Assembly: GCA_036170135.1 (NCBI GenBank)
Contig: JAVHOP010000010.1
Coordinates: 1-53,075 of the forward strand
Reading direction: 5' to 3'
DNA: 53,075 bases
From: Flavobacteriaceae bacterium
Lineage (GTDB): Bacteria > Bacteroidota > Bacteroidia > Flavobacteriales > Flavobacteriaceae
Shown: in pieces, positions 17,543-26,741 of the stretch
Numbering within the stretch: the first letter of the stretch is position 1
Layout: every line of letters starts with the position of its first letter
The notes under the pieces: model-generated
What the model saw: only the letters and a program-made list of their open reading frames with translations
Told to the model about the DNA's origin: nothing
Databases searched by the model: none
Program-made: the position numbers and the translations under genes

Positions 17543-17571
17543 AAAAAAAGCACCTAAATGGTGCTTTTTTT
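17543..17571. terminator. Bidirectional rho-independent terminator between convergent E2 and LysM genes
   Basis: AGCACC (17549-17554) / GGTGCT (17560-17565) stem, flanked by an A-run and a T-run. Confidence 0.8.
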
Positions 17572-17590
17572 ATGGGCAAAAATTACAGTT

Positions 17591-19360
17591 TCATTCTAAT
17601 ACTTTTATTGATAATCCTTGATATTGCAAAAGAAAAACGCCTTTATTTAGAATTTTATTAGAACCATCTTCTTTAATATAGTCAAATTGATAAGCCATAC
17701 GACGTGTAATTCCATTTGCTTTATCCAATAAATTTTGACTTATAGACAATCTTCTAATGGCGTCATAAACCATGTCAAAACCTTTATAAGCATTTTCGGT
17801 AGGGAGATTATGATACCTTGAAAAATAGTTTTTTTCGAACACTTTAACCTCATCAATTTGGTAATCTATATAAGTTTCTGAAGGGAAACAAAAATTAAGT
17901 CTTGCCAAAAAATAATTATCAAAGTTGCTAAATAAATCGCTTTTATTGAGTGTAAAAAGACTGATATCATAATAATCTTTTGAGAAAACTCCTAAAGTAT
18001 TAATGATATCTGCTAAAACAATTCCATTTTTAGATAAGTTAATAACCCAGTTTTTACCACTTGAATTGGGCAAAATATATTGTTGGAATAAGGCTCTTTT
18101 AATATAATTATCTACAGGTTTTAAAACAACAATACTGTTTAAATTAATTGATTTATTTGACGTGAATTTTTTAAGTAATTGGTCGTAAAGTAGTTTAGAA
18201 TCAGGCAAGTCATCTAATACAATAATCATTTTTTCCTTAGAATGATGCTTGACTATATAATCTAAAACTTTATTATTGTAATCAGACTGCAAAGGTAATT
18301 CTTGAACAATTTTTGAATTTCCTGTAGTATTTGCCTTAGCTGATATAGAAAATGGAGATAAAATATAATTTTCAGAATTGGCTAACTTTTGATTTACTAG
18401 ATTGATGTTTTTAGTAAATAATGGACCAACAACTAAATCTACTTTGCTAAAATCGTGCAATTTAAAAAGTTTGTTTATGGTATCAATATTGTTTTCAGTA
18501 TCATAAACTTGGACTTGAATTTTAACACCTTGCTTTCTAAGCGAATCAATTGCCGTTTCTGCACCAAAATAAAAATCAGTTGTAATATTTCTTAGTTTAC
18601 TTCCGGTACTAATATTATCAAAAGGAATGCTATCGTTACTCGACTTAAATGGCAATAAAATTAAAACCTTTAAATCTTTATTATTGCTAAATCCCTTATC
18701 AATAACTGAAATAGTTCGCGGACTAACATCCAATTTTACTTTGGGGATTTTTAAATAGGTGTCTAATTTTAAACCCTCACTAAGTAGCGGATTTGCCGAT
18801 ATTAATTCATCTTTAGTGACATTATATTTTTTAATCAGACTATAAAAAGTATCACCTTTTACCACTTGGTGAACATAAAAATGAGCATCTTCAACCAATA
18901 GATTTTTAGCTCCTTTTTTAGGAATATAAATGGTATCACCTTCTATAAGGTCTATCCTTATCTTTGGATTCGATTTTTCTAAATCAGAAATACTCAATCC
19001 GTATTGTTTAGAAATTCCGAATTTAGTATCTTGATGTTTAACTATATATGGAGTATCATTCTTATTTGTTTGGAAATTATTTATCAGTTTTATAAGCCCA
19101 TTATTAGACGTTAATTTGATGGTGAGCCCAATTTCAAAACCACGTCTTATCAAAGGATTTAGCCGTATTATTTCTCTTTTACTGATGCCATATAAATCAA
19201 TAAGACTATTAAAGCTATCGGTTTTAGTTAACTTATGGTATAAAAAACCATCGTCAGCAATAGAATCATTTAAAGCATCATTAAAATTTTGTTGTGCCCA
19301 CCCAAGATAAAAACTGCCAAAAAAAGTGGCTAACAATAAAAAAGTTTTAAGGTTTTTCAT
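17591..19360 (-). CDS. Secreted protein with three LysM repeats and a type-1 periplasmic-binding-protein-like domain
   Basis: Signal peptide MKNLKTFLLLATFFGSFYLGWAQ, so I prefer the start at 19360 over 19378. Three LysM-like repeats are present (YHKLTKTDSFNSL..., YIVKHQDTKFGIS..., HQVVKGDTFYSLI...). Confidence 0.75.
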   Translation of the reverse strand: MKNLKTFLLLATFFGSFYLGWAQQNFNDALNDSIADDGFLYHKLTKTDSFNSLIDLYGISKREIIRLNPLIRRGFEIGLTIKLTSNNGLIKLINNFQTNKNDTPYIVKHQDTKFGISKQYGLSISDLEKSNPKIRIDLIEGDTIYIPKKGAKNLLVEDAHFYVHQVVKGDTFYSLIKKYNVTKDELISANPLLSEGLKLDTYLKIPKVKLDVSPRTISVIDKGFSNNKDLKVLILLPFKSSNDSIPFDNISTGSKLRNITTDFYFGAETAIDSLRKQGVKIQVQVYDTENNIDTINKLFKLHDFSKVDLVVGPLFTKNINLVNQKLANSENYILSPFSISAKANTTGNSKIVQELPLQSDYNNKVLDYIVKHHSKEKMIIVLDDLPDSKLLYDQLLKKFTSNKSINLNSIVVLKPVDNYIKRALFQQYILPNSSGKNWVINLSKNGIVLADIINTLGVFSKDYYDISLFTLNKSDLFSNFDNYFLARLNFCFPSETYIDYQIDEVKVFEKNYFSRYHNLPTENAYKGFDMVYDAIRRLSISQNLLDKANGITRRMAYQFDYIKEDGSNKILNKGVFLLQYQGLSIKVLE

Positions 19361-19368
19361 AAAAATAT

Positions 19369-20901
19369 TTATTCCCATTCAATAGTTGCAGGCGGTTTAG
19401 AACTAATATCATACACCACGCGATTAACGCCCTTTACATTATTTATTATTTTATTTGAGATACTTTGCAAAAATTTATATGGCAAATCTACCCAATCGGC
19501 TGTCATCCCATCCGTAGATGAAACCGCTCGTAAAGCTACTACTTTTTCGTAAGTGCGTTCGTCGCCCATCACACCAACCGAATTTATCGGCAACAATATA
19601 GCGCCTGCTTGCCAAACCTTTTCATAAAGTCCCCATGATTTTAAGCCCTCAATAAAAATAGCATCAACTTCTTGTAATACGCTTACCTTATCGGATGTAA
19701 TATCGCCTAAAATTCTAATTGCCAAACCTGGACCCGGAAACGGATGGCGTCCTAAAAGTTCATCATCAATATTTAAAGATTTTCCAATTCTTCTCACTTC
19801 ATCTTTAAACAACATCCGCAAAGGTTCAACAATTTTTAATTTCATAAAATCGGGTAAACCGCCCACATTGTGATGCGATTTTATGGTAGCCGATGGTCCT
19901 TTTACCGAAACAGATTCGATAACATCGGGATAAATCGTGCCTTGTGCCAGCCAGTTTACATCGGTAATGCGTTTTGCTTCTGCATCAAAAACGTCGATAA
20001 AAGCTTTGCCGATAACTTTCCTTTTTTGCTCTGGATCTGAAATACCTTTTAAAGCATTTAAAAAATGTTCTGAAGCATCTACACCTTTGATATTTAATCC
20101 CATACCTTTATATTGTGCCAAAACACTTTCAAACTCATTTTGGCGCAACAATCCGTTGTTTACAAAAATACAATACAGGTTTTTACCGATGGCTTTATTT
20201 AATAAAACACCTGCAACAGTAGAATCTACACCGCCAGATAATCCTAAAACAACCTTATCAGATTTGATAATCGCTCTCAATTCGGTTATTGAATTCTCAA
20301 CAAAATTATTTGGTGTGAAAGTCTGCTCAACTTTTGCAATATTTACCAAAAAGTTTTTAAGCAAAGTCAAGCCGTCAAAAGTATGATAAACTTCTGGATG
20401 GAATTGTATAGCAAATGTCATTTCATTTTCAACACAAAAAGCGGCGTGTTCTACATCTTCGGTACTCGCAATATTTTTAAAATTGATGGGTAATTTTACA
20501 ATGGTATCGCCATGGCTCATCCAAACTTGAGAGTTTAGCGGAATATCGTTAAACAAAAGGGAAGTCTCATCAATCTTGGTTAAAAGGGCGCGTCCATATT
20601 CACGAACTTCAGAAGGTGTGACATAACCACCATATTGTTGTGCCAAAAATTGCGCGCCATAACAAACAGCTAACATTGGTATTTTTCCTTTTATTTGGGA
20701 CAAATCAGGGATTGGAGCCTCTTTTTGATGAACGGAGAACGGGCTTCCCGAAAGGATAACCGCTTTAAATTGTTCGATGTTTTCTGGTATTTTATTATAA
20801 GGAAAAATTTCACAAAAAACATTCAATTCTCTTACGCGTCTGGCGATAAGCTGTGTGTACTGAGAACCGAAATCTAAGATAAGTACTTGATGTTGCTGCA
20901 T
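19369..20901 (-). CDS. guaA: GMP synthase (glutamine-hydrolysing)
   Basis: GATase domain ([12 protein letters not shown]), the ATP-PPase motif SGGVDSTV and the C-terminal IEWE. I prefer the ATG at 20901 over the TTG at 20907. Confidence 0.97.
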   Translation of the reverse strand: MQQHQVLILDFGSQYTQLIARRVRELNVFCEIFPYNKIPENIEQFKAVILSGSPFSVHQKEAPIPDLSQIKGKIPMLAVCYGAQFLAQQYGGYVTPSEVREYGRALLTKIDETSLLFNDIPLNSQVWMSHGDTIVKLPINFKNIASTEDVEHAAFCVENEMTFAIQFHPEVYHTFDGLTLLKNFLVNIAKVEQTFTPNNFVENSITELRAIIKSDKVVLGLSGGVDSTVAGVLLNKAIGKNLYCIFVNNGLLRQNEFESVLAQYKGMGLNIKGVDASEHFLNALKGISDPEQKRKVIGKAFIDVFDAEAKRITDVNWLAQGTIYPDVIESVSVKGPSATIKSHHNVGGLPDFMKLKIVEPLRMLFKDEVRRIGKSLNIDDELLGRHPFPGPGLAIRILGDITSDKVSVLQEVDAIFIEGLKSWGLYEKVWQAGAILLPINSVGVMGDERTYEKVVALRAVSSTDGMTADWVDLPYKFLQSISNKIINNVKGVNRVVYDISSKPPATIEWE

Positions 20902-20954
20902 GCGCAAAAATAATATTAATTAGGGAGGGTATCTAATGAAAGTGAAAAATATCT

Positions 20955-21893
20955 TTATTTAGCTTTTGGTAAAAAAACTTCAGCCATCATACAGCGCACA
21001 CTGCCGCCGCCACAAGCTTCGATGGTATCGACATTGCTATATAAAATAGTTGCATGTTTTTCGATAGCATTAATTTGTTGCGCAGTTAAACATTTAAAAG
21101 CCGATTCGCTCATAATAATGTATTCCTTTTTATTTTTTCCGTAAAGAGATAACATATTACCGGCGAAATTATTAACCTGAGCTTCAGTAATCGAAATAAT
21201 TTCTTTTTCATCTTGCTTTAGATGTCCAATCAGATTTTTGCGTTCTTTTTTATCATCGATACAATCCAAACAAACTACGGCAAATTTTGGTGCGATACAC
21301 ATCATTACATTGGTGTGATAGATGGCTTCGCGTTTATTATTAACCGTTTGAAAAGCCTTAAATGCCACGGGTGTGTATTCAAAGTCTTCACAAAATTCAT
21401 AGAGCAAATCTTCATCGGCTCTAGGCGATAAAGCGCAATAAGCCTTGCGAAAAATACGATCTAAGACCAAACTTCCGGTACCTTCTAAAAATACACTTTC
21501 GGCTTCGGCAGCTGTGTAATCGATGATGTCATTTATTTGAAATCCGTTTTGTTCAAGAATATCGAACACATCTTCACGACGTTCTAAACGTCTATTTACT
21601 GCAAACATAGGATACAAACCGATATTGCCATTTTGATGGAACGAAATCCAATTATTTGGAAAAATAGAATCTGGCGTGCTGGGCTCTAGGGAGTCTTCTA
21701 TAACAATTACGTTGACACCAATTTGTTTTAATTTAGTTACAAAAGTATCAAACTCGGCTAAAGCTTTGGCTTGAACGGTTGAAGGCAACACTTTATCTAA
21801 TACTTTTTGATAGTAATTATTAACGGCGGTTTGTTCGTTCATTCTAAAAGCAACAGGGCGAATCATTAAAATGGTATTGGTAGTTTGTGGCAT
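20955..21893 (-). CDS. Pentein (guanidino-group-modifying) superfamily protein, arginine-deiminase-related / CtlX-like
   Basis: N-terminal ILMIRPVAFRMNEQTAVNNYYQ and C-terminal catalytic-Cys motif GGGSVRCMMAEVF. Confidence 0.8.
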   Translation of the reverse strand: MPQTTNTILMIRPVAFRMNEQTAVNNYYQKVLDKVLPSTVQAKALAEFDTFVTKLKQIGVNVIVIEDSLEPSTPDSIFPNNWISFHQNGNIGLYPMFAVNRRLERREDVFDILEQNGFQINDIIDYTAAEAESVFLEGTGSLVLDRIFRKAYCALSPRADEDLLYEFCEDFEYTPVAFKAFQTVNNKREAIYHTNVMMCIAPKFAVVCLDCIDDKKERKNLIGHLKQDEKEIISITEAQVNNFAGNMLSLYGKNKKEYIIMSESAFKCLTAQQINAIEKHATILYSNVDTIEACGGGSVRCMMAEVFLPKAK

Positions 21894-21959
21894 ATTTCTG
21901 AATTATTTTGACAACAAAAGTACTTTTATTTGAAGGTGATAACAAACTTAATCAAAACA

Positions 21960-22048
21960 TTATTCCCGTTCTAGGGGTAAATTAGAACAGCGCAATAAAC
22001 CTTCTTGGTTTGAAATTTCGGCATAGGGTATTACTTATACAAACCATT
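21960..22048 (-). pseudogene. Remnant of the 3' end of an amidinotransferase gene, paralogous to the end of the 22728-23663 gene
   Basis: The minus strand translates as VIPYAEISNQEGLLRCSNLPLERE*, compared with the intact gene's IPYAEISKQEGLLRCSTLPLLREEA*. Positions 21983-22032 match 22757-22806 at 45/50 nt. An in-frame stop and loss of similarity occur upstream. Confidence 0.8.
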
Positions 22049-22070
22049 AAGCAACATTTTTAGAAATATT

Positions 22071-22112
22071 TTTGAAGTTCAAATAAATTAGTTACCTTTG
22101 ACGTTAGTAACG
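22071..22112 (+). promoter_or_regulatory. higBA promoter with overlapping palindromic operator candidate
   Basis: TTTG at 22071-22074, an 18-nt spacer, then TACCTTTG (TAnnTTTG) at 22093-22100. The palindrome CGTTA-G-TAACG lies at 22102-22112, just before the ATG at 22121. Confidence 0.5.
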
Positions 22113-22120
22113 TAAAAGAT

Positions 22121-22402
22121 ATGATTATATCCTTTGGCTCGAAAGAGACAGAAGCGATTTGGAATGGTAATAGGGTTAAAAAAATGCCTTTAGAAATTCA
22201 AAATATTGGTCGTCGTAAACTGAGAATGTTGAATAACTCTCAAGAAATTATTGATTTGAGAATTCCTCCTTCCAATCGACTTGAAAAATTAACTGGAAAT
22301 CTAAATGGGTTTTACAGCATTCGGATTAATAAGCAATGGCGTATAATTTTCATTTGGAATAATGGAAATGCAAGTGAAGTAGATATAGTAGATTATCATT
22401 AA
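22121..22402 (+). CDS. higB: HigB-type toxin (RelE/ParE superfamily, plasmid maintenance system killer)
   Basis: 93 aa, with the toxin encoded first. Typical HigB pattern: F..K..E.IW..., NRLE.L.G...G.YSIRIN.QWRI.F.W..G....V.I.DYH. Confidence 0.9.
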   Translation: MIISFGSKETEAIWNGNRVKKMPLEIQNIGRRKLRMLNNSQEIIDLRIPPSNRLEKLTGNLNGFYSIRINKQWRIIFIWNNGNASEVDIVDYH

Positions 22403-22412
22403 AAAAAGAAAA

Positions 22413-22715
22413 ATGGAAAAATTAGCAAATGTACATCCCGGTGAAATTTTATTTTACGAGTTTCTTGAACCTTTAGAAATAACTGCTTACCGACTTTCTA
22501 AAGATTTAAAAATTCCGCAAACACGAATTTCAGAAATTCTAAAAGGTAATCGTAGAATTACTGCTGATACCGCTTTAAGATTGAGCAAATATTTTGGTAA
22601 CTCTGCCAAATTTTGGCTTGGAATTCAAGACGACTTTGATATTGAGGAAGAAAAAGGAATTAAAGAATTTGACTTAAACGAAATTAAACAATATAGTGAC
22701 AAAAACGTTGCTTAA
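22413..22715 (+). CDS. higA: HigA-type antitoxin (XRE-family HTH)
   Basis: HPGEIL..EFLEPL.IT...L...L.IP..RISEI..G.R.ITADTALRLSKYFG.SA.FWL..Q..FD. It starts 10 nt after higB. Confidence 0.9.
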   Translation: MEKLANVHPGEILFYEFLEPLEITAYRLSKDLKIPQTRISEILKGNRRITADTALRLSKYFGNSAKFWLGIQDDFDIEEEKGIKEFDLNEIKQYSDKNVA

Positions 22716-22727
22716 CAACTTAAAAAA

Positions 22728-23663
22728 TCATGCTTCTTCTCTAAGCAATGGCAAAGTAGAACAGCGCAATAAACCCTCTTGTTTTGATATTTCGGCATAA
22801 GGAATTTCTTCAACTGTAAAACCATTTTGTTTGAGCCAACAATTTAATCGGGTAAAATTCTTTTCGGAAACCACCACCGTTTCAGAAATAGAAAAGATAT
22901 TAGAATTCATTTGATACATCTCCTCTACAGTAATTTCGAAGACCTTGTCCTTTCCAAAAAGGGAAATTAAAAACAGATAATCGGATTCGTTTAGAAATCC
23001 GTTTTTATGAATGATGGCTTTATCTTTTCCTATCGGTTGAAAACAACAATCTAAATGCAAGGCATTCTCTTTGGGATTGGTTGATTTTCGGAGTTCAAAA
23101 GCTTTTACTTTTTTATTCGGAAATTTTGAAGTAAAATAGTCAACTGCAAATTTATTAGTTCTTGCTGTAATTTGCTGAGGATAATCGGATGCTGTGTAAG
23201 TTCCAATAAACAAATAATCATTCCAAGGCATCACATCGCCACCTTCTACGTGAACCTTTTCGGGGAGTGTAATCACTTGTTTTGGATTCATCTGTTTGAC
23301 AACATAATCAATGGCTTGAAGTTCATTAATTCTGTCGGGCAAAATATTCGATTTAAAAAACCTATCGTCTATAACAAAACCAATATCACGGGCAAAAATT
23401 TGATTGACATCTTTTAAAACTTCAGGTCTATAAACTTTAACTCCGTATTTATTTAAAACTTTACAAAAGGCATCCATCTCATGAATCATATCTGATTCTT
23501 TAGGATAGGTTCCCGCTAATACATGTAATTTAGATTTTGGATCGTAACAATCTTCGGGTTTAGGTGTAGGTCCATTTTGTTGCGCAATGCCCAAAATAAC
23601 CGACTTTAAAGTTGCGGTTTCGTTTTTAATTTGAAGTCTTAGGTAATTATTTACGTTTGGCAT
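22728..23663 (-). CDS. Amidinotransferase / dimethylarginine dimethylaminohydrolase-like pentein-superfamily enzyme
   Basis: 311 aa with a C-terminal catalytic-Cys motif EGLLRCSTLPL and internal HLDCCF. Confidence 0.75.
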   Translation of the reverse strand: MPNVNNYLRLQIKNETATLKSVILGIAQQNGPTPKPEDCYDPKSKLHVLAGTYPKESDMIHEMDAFCKVLNKYGVKVYRPEVLKDVNQIFARDIGFVIDDRFFKSNILPDRINELQAIDYVVKQMNPKQVITLPEKVHVEGGDVMPWNDYLFIGTYTASDYPQQITARTNKFAVDYFTSKFPNKKVKAFELRKSTNPKENALHLDCCFQPIGKDKAIIHKNGFLNESDYLFLISLFGKDKVFEITVEEMYQMNSNIFSISETVVVSEKNFTRLNCWLKQNGFTVEEIPYAEISKQEGLLRCSTLPLLREEA

Positions 23664-23699
23664 AAAGTCAAAAATAAGGATTAAATTATTGATAAATAT

Positions 23700-23729
23700 A
23701 AAAAGCCAAAAATAAATTTTTGGCTTTTT
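23700..23729. terminator. Rho-independent terminator downstream of gltA
   Basis: AAAAGCCAAAAA (23701-23712) / TTTTTGGCTTTT (23717-23728) with a 4-nt loop. T-rich flanks are present on both strands. Confidence 0.8.
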
Positions 23730-23741
23730 AAAATCGGGCGA

Positions 23742-25028
23742 TTATCTTTTATTAATCTCTTTATATGGCCTAAGTGTTTTACCAATATACAATTGACGCG
23801 GACGGCCGATTGGTTCTACATTTAAGCGCATTTCACGCCATTGAGCAATCCAACCAGGTAAACGACCAATGGCAAACATAACGGTAAACATTTCAGAAGG
23901 AATTCCTAAGGCTTTATAAATAATTCCAGAGTAAAAATCGACGTTAGGGTACAATTTACGGCTTACAAAATATTCGTCTTTTAGAGCAACTTCTTCAAGA
24001 TGTCTAGCAATTTTTAAGATTGGGTCATTTACATGTAATTCGGCCAAAACTTCATCGGCAGCAGCCTTAATAATTTTAGCACGTGGATCGAAATTTTTAT
24101 AAACGCGATGACCAAATCCCATTAAACGGAAAGAATCATTAGGGTCTTTTGCTTTAAGGATATATTTTTCAACATCACCACCATCTTTATTAATTTGTTC
24201 AAGCATTTCGATTACGGCTTGGTTTGCACCACCATGCAACCTACCCCAAAGTGCCGAAACTCCAGCAGATAGCGATGCAAAAAGGCCAGCCTCAGAAGAA
24301 CCTACTATTCTAACTGTAGAAGTAGAGCAATTTTGTTCATGGTCTTCGTGTAAGATTAATAATTTATCTAAAGCTCTAGCTGCAACTGGATTAACCGTAT
24401 ATTTTTTAATTGGTATTTTGAAAAGCATTTGCATAATATTAGATACGTAATCTAGATTACTATCCGAATAATTACGAGGTGTGCCTTGGTTTTTAGCATA
24501 AACCCAAGATGCAATAACGGGAAATTTCCCCATAATCTTAACAACGGCTTTATACATATCAACCTCACATTTTACATTTACAACCGAAGGGTTAAAAGCA
24601 GTTAATGCACTTGTTAGAGACGACAACATGCCCATAGGGTGCGCAGATCTTGGAAAACCATTAATGATGTTTTTCATTTCTTCATTTAAAATGGATTGAT
24701 CTTTAATGTCGTTTTCAAACTTTTCCAATTGTAATTTTGTAGGAAGTTCTCCGAAAATAATCAGATAAGCAACTTCTAAGAAACTTGACTTTTCTGCCAA
24801 TTCTTCAATAGAATAACCGCGATAGCGTAAGATTCCTTTTTCACCATCTAAAAAGGTGATGGCACTTTTACAAGAACCTGTGTTTTTAAATCCAGGATCA
24901 AAAGTAATAACACCGTTAGTAGTATTTCTAAAAGAACTGATATCAATTGCGACTTCATTTTCAGTTCCTCTTATGATTGGTAATTCATAGCTTTTACCAT
25001 CAATTTCTATTATAGCTTTTTTATTCAT
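23742..25028 (-). CDS. gltA: Citrate synthase (type II)
   Basis: 428 aa with motifs GFGHRVYKNFDPRA and LHEDHEQNCSTSTVR. Confidence 0.97.
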   Translation of the reverse strand: MNKKAIIEIDGKSYELPIIRGTENEVAIDISSFRNTTNGVITFDPGFKNTGSCKSAITFLDGEKGILRYRGYSIEELAEKSSFLEVAYLIIFGELPTKLQLEKFENDIKDQSILNEEMKNIINGFPRSAHPMGMLSSLTSALTAFNPSVVNVKCEVDMYKAVVKIMGKFPVIASWVYAKNQGTPRNYSDSNLDYVSNIMQMLFKIPIKKYTVNPVAARALDKLLILHEDHEQNCSTSTVRIVGSSEAGLFASLSAGVSALWGRLHGGANQAVIEMLEQINKDGGDVEKYILKAKDPNDSFRLMGFGHRVYKNFDPRAKIIKAAADEVLAELHVNDPILKIARHLEEVALKDEYFVSRKLYPNVDFYSGIIYKALGIPSEMFTVMFAIGRLPGWIAQWREMRLNVEPIGRPRQLYIGKTLRPYKEINKR

Positions 25029-25297
25029 ATTTTTTTATTTTGATAGTCTGTTAAAGATGTTCTAATTTACAAATAATTACCAAAATCTCTATTAAGATTT
25101 TAATAATTTTAAAAAATTCCATGCTCTAAAATCATTGCTTATTAAGTTTGTGATTATTGCTTAAATTTTATGAATTTTATGGGCAAAAAAATCAATAATT
25201 CTTAATTTTTGTCAAAAATAAATAATTAAATAAAATTAAAATATGATAAAAATCATTGAAGGAAGTGTTTATTTTTATACTTATAAAACAAATAAAA

Positions 25298-25328
25298 AAG
25301 AGCCAATTTTTATCAGAATTTGGCTCTT
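25298..25328 (-). terminator. Rho-independent terminator of eno
   Basis: AAGAGCCAA (25298-25306) / TTGGCTCTT (25320-25328) stem. On the minus strand it is followed by TTTTTTATTT. Confidence 0.75.
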
Positions 25329-25346
25329 ATTTATTTAAGCAATTTT

Positions 25347-26633
25347 TTAAATATTAAATGCTTTCAGCTGCGGGAAATAGGCTGATTCACCTAATTCTTC
25401 TTCAATGCGTAGCAATTGATTGTATTTACAAATACGATCGGTTCTAGAAGCCGAACCTGTTTTAATTTGACAGGTATTCAATGCTACAGCTAAATCGGCA
25501 ATGGTCGTATCTTCGGTTTCCCCAGAACGATGTGATATCACGCAGGTGTAACCGGCATGATGCGCCATATTGACGGCTGCAATGGTTTCGGATAATGTTC
25601 CGATTTGATTCAATTTTATTAAAATTGAATTGGCCGAATTTTCTTTAATACCACGCGCTAAACGTTCAACATTGGTAACAAATAAATCATCGCCAACAAT
25701 TTGAACTTTATTTCCTAAAGTCTTGGTTAATAAGCTCCATCCTTCCCAATCATCTTCAGCCATACCATCTTCAATTGAAATAATTGGATATTTTGAAGCT
25801 AAGTTTTGTAAATAAGCAACTTGTTGCTCAGATGTCCGCACTGCACCATCTTTACCTTCAAACTTTCTATAGTCATATTTTCCATCAACATAAAATTCGG
25901 ATGCAGCCGAATCAAGTGCAATCATCACTTCGGTTCCTGCTTTATAACCTGCTTTTGTAATAGCTTTAATGATGGTATCAAGCGCATCTTCAGTTCCAGT
26001 AAAAGTTGGTGCGAAACCACCTTCATCACCAACTGCAGTGCTTAAGCCTCGCGCTTTCAAAACTTTTTTAAGGTTGTGGAATATTTCAGTTCCCATTTTA
26101 ATAGCTTGCGTAAAATTCTTAGCTAAAACAGGCATGATCATAAATTCTTGAAATGCAATTGGCGCATCGGAATGTGAACCGCCATTGACAATATTCATCA
26201 TGGGAACGGGCAGTGTATTGGCACTTACGCCCCCCAAGTAACGATATAAAGGTAATTTTAGTTCGTTTGCAGCTGCTTTGGCAACAGCCAATGAAACACC
26301 AAGAATAGCATTGGCACCTAAATTAGCTTTGTTAGGGGTGCCATCTAAATCTATTAAGATTTTATCGATTAGATTTTGTTCAAAAACAGAATAGCCAACA
26401 ATTTCGGGAGACATAATTTCATTGACATTTTTAACAGCGGTTAAAACGCCGTTTCCCATATAATCTGAACCGCCGTCTCTTAATTCAACAGCTTCGTGTT
26501 CGCCGGTAGAAGCACCAGATGGCACTGCTGCGCGACCTAGAATTCCGTTTTCTGTAATGACATCAACTTCAACTGTTGGATTACCTCTTGAATCGAAAAT
26601 TTGACGTGCATGAACTTCAATTATTGTACTCAT
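25347..26633 (-). CDS. eno: Enolase (phosphopyruvate hydratase)
   Basis: 428 aa with [21 protein letters not shown] and IKTGS.SR.DR. Confidence 0.98.
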   Translation of the reverse strand: MSTIIEVHARQIFDSRGNPTVEVDVITENGILGRAAVPSGASTGEHEAVELRDGGSDYMGNGVLTAVKNVNEIMSPEIVGYSVFEQNLIDKILIDLDGTPNKANLGANAILGVSLAVAKAAANELKLPLYRYLGGVSANTLPVPMMNIVNGGSHSDAPIAFQEFMIMPVLAKNFTQAIKMGTEIFHNLKKVLKARGLSTAVGDEGGFAPTFTGTEDALDTIIKAITKAGYKAGTEVMIALDSAASEFYVDGKYDYRKFEGKDGAVRTSEQQVAYLQNLASKYPIISIEDGMAEDDWEGWSLLTKTLGNKVQIVGDDLFVTNVERLARGIKENSANSILIKLNQIGTLSETIAAVNMAHHAGYTCVISHRSGETEDTTIADLAVALNTCQIKTGSASRTDRICKYNQLLRIEEELGESAYFPQLKAFNI

Positions 26634-26741
26634 TTTATAGTGATTTATATATTTATTTTATACTCTGCAAGTTAATAATAATGACAAAATTAATTTGTGA
26701 TATTTTGATTTTAAATACGATATCGTTTTCGCTAAAGCGAA

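Noticed and set aside
21894-22727. Search for an integrase, transposase, terminal inverted repeats or a tRNA target around the higBA cassette.
   Set aside because: No such ORF or RNA gene exists in any frame of the approximately 0.8-kb segment. Only the duplicated gene-end repeat supports mobility, so I did not call a mobile_element feature.
25243-25338. 31-codon plus-strand ORF (MIKIIEGSVYFYTYKTNKKEPIFIRIWLLFI) in the gltA-eno intergenic region.
   Set aside because: It runs through the eno terminator hairpin, has no upstream promoter-like boxes and has unremarkable composition, so it is probably fortuitous.
26718-26741. Small palindromes ACGATATCGT and TTCGC-TAAA-GCGAA just downstream of carA, as a possible terminator.
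   Set aside because: The stems are only 5 bp and no T-tract follows on the transcribed strand. This is insufficient for a terminator or operator call.
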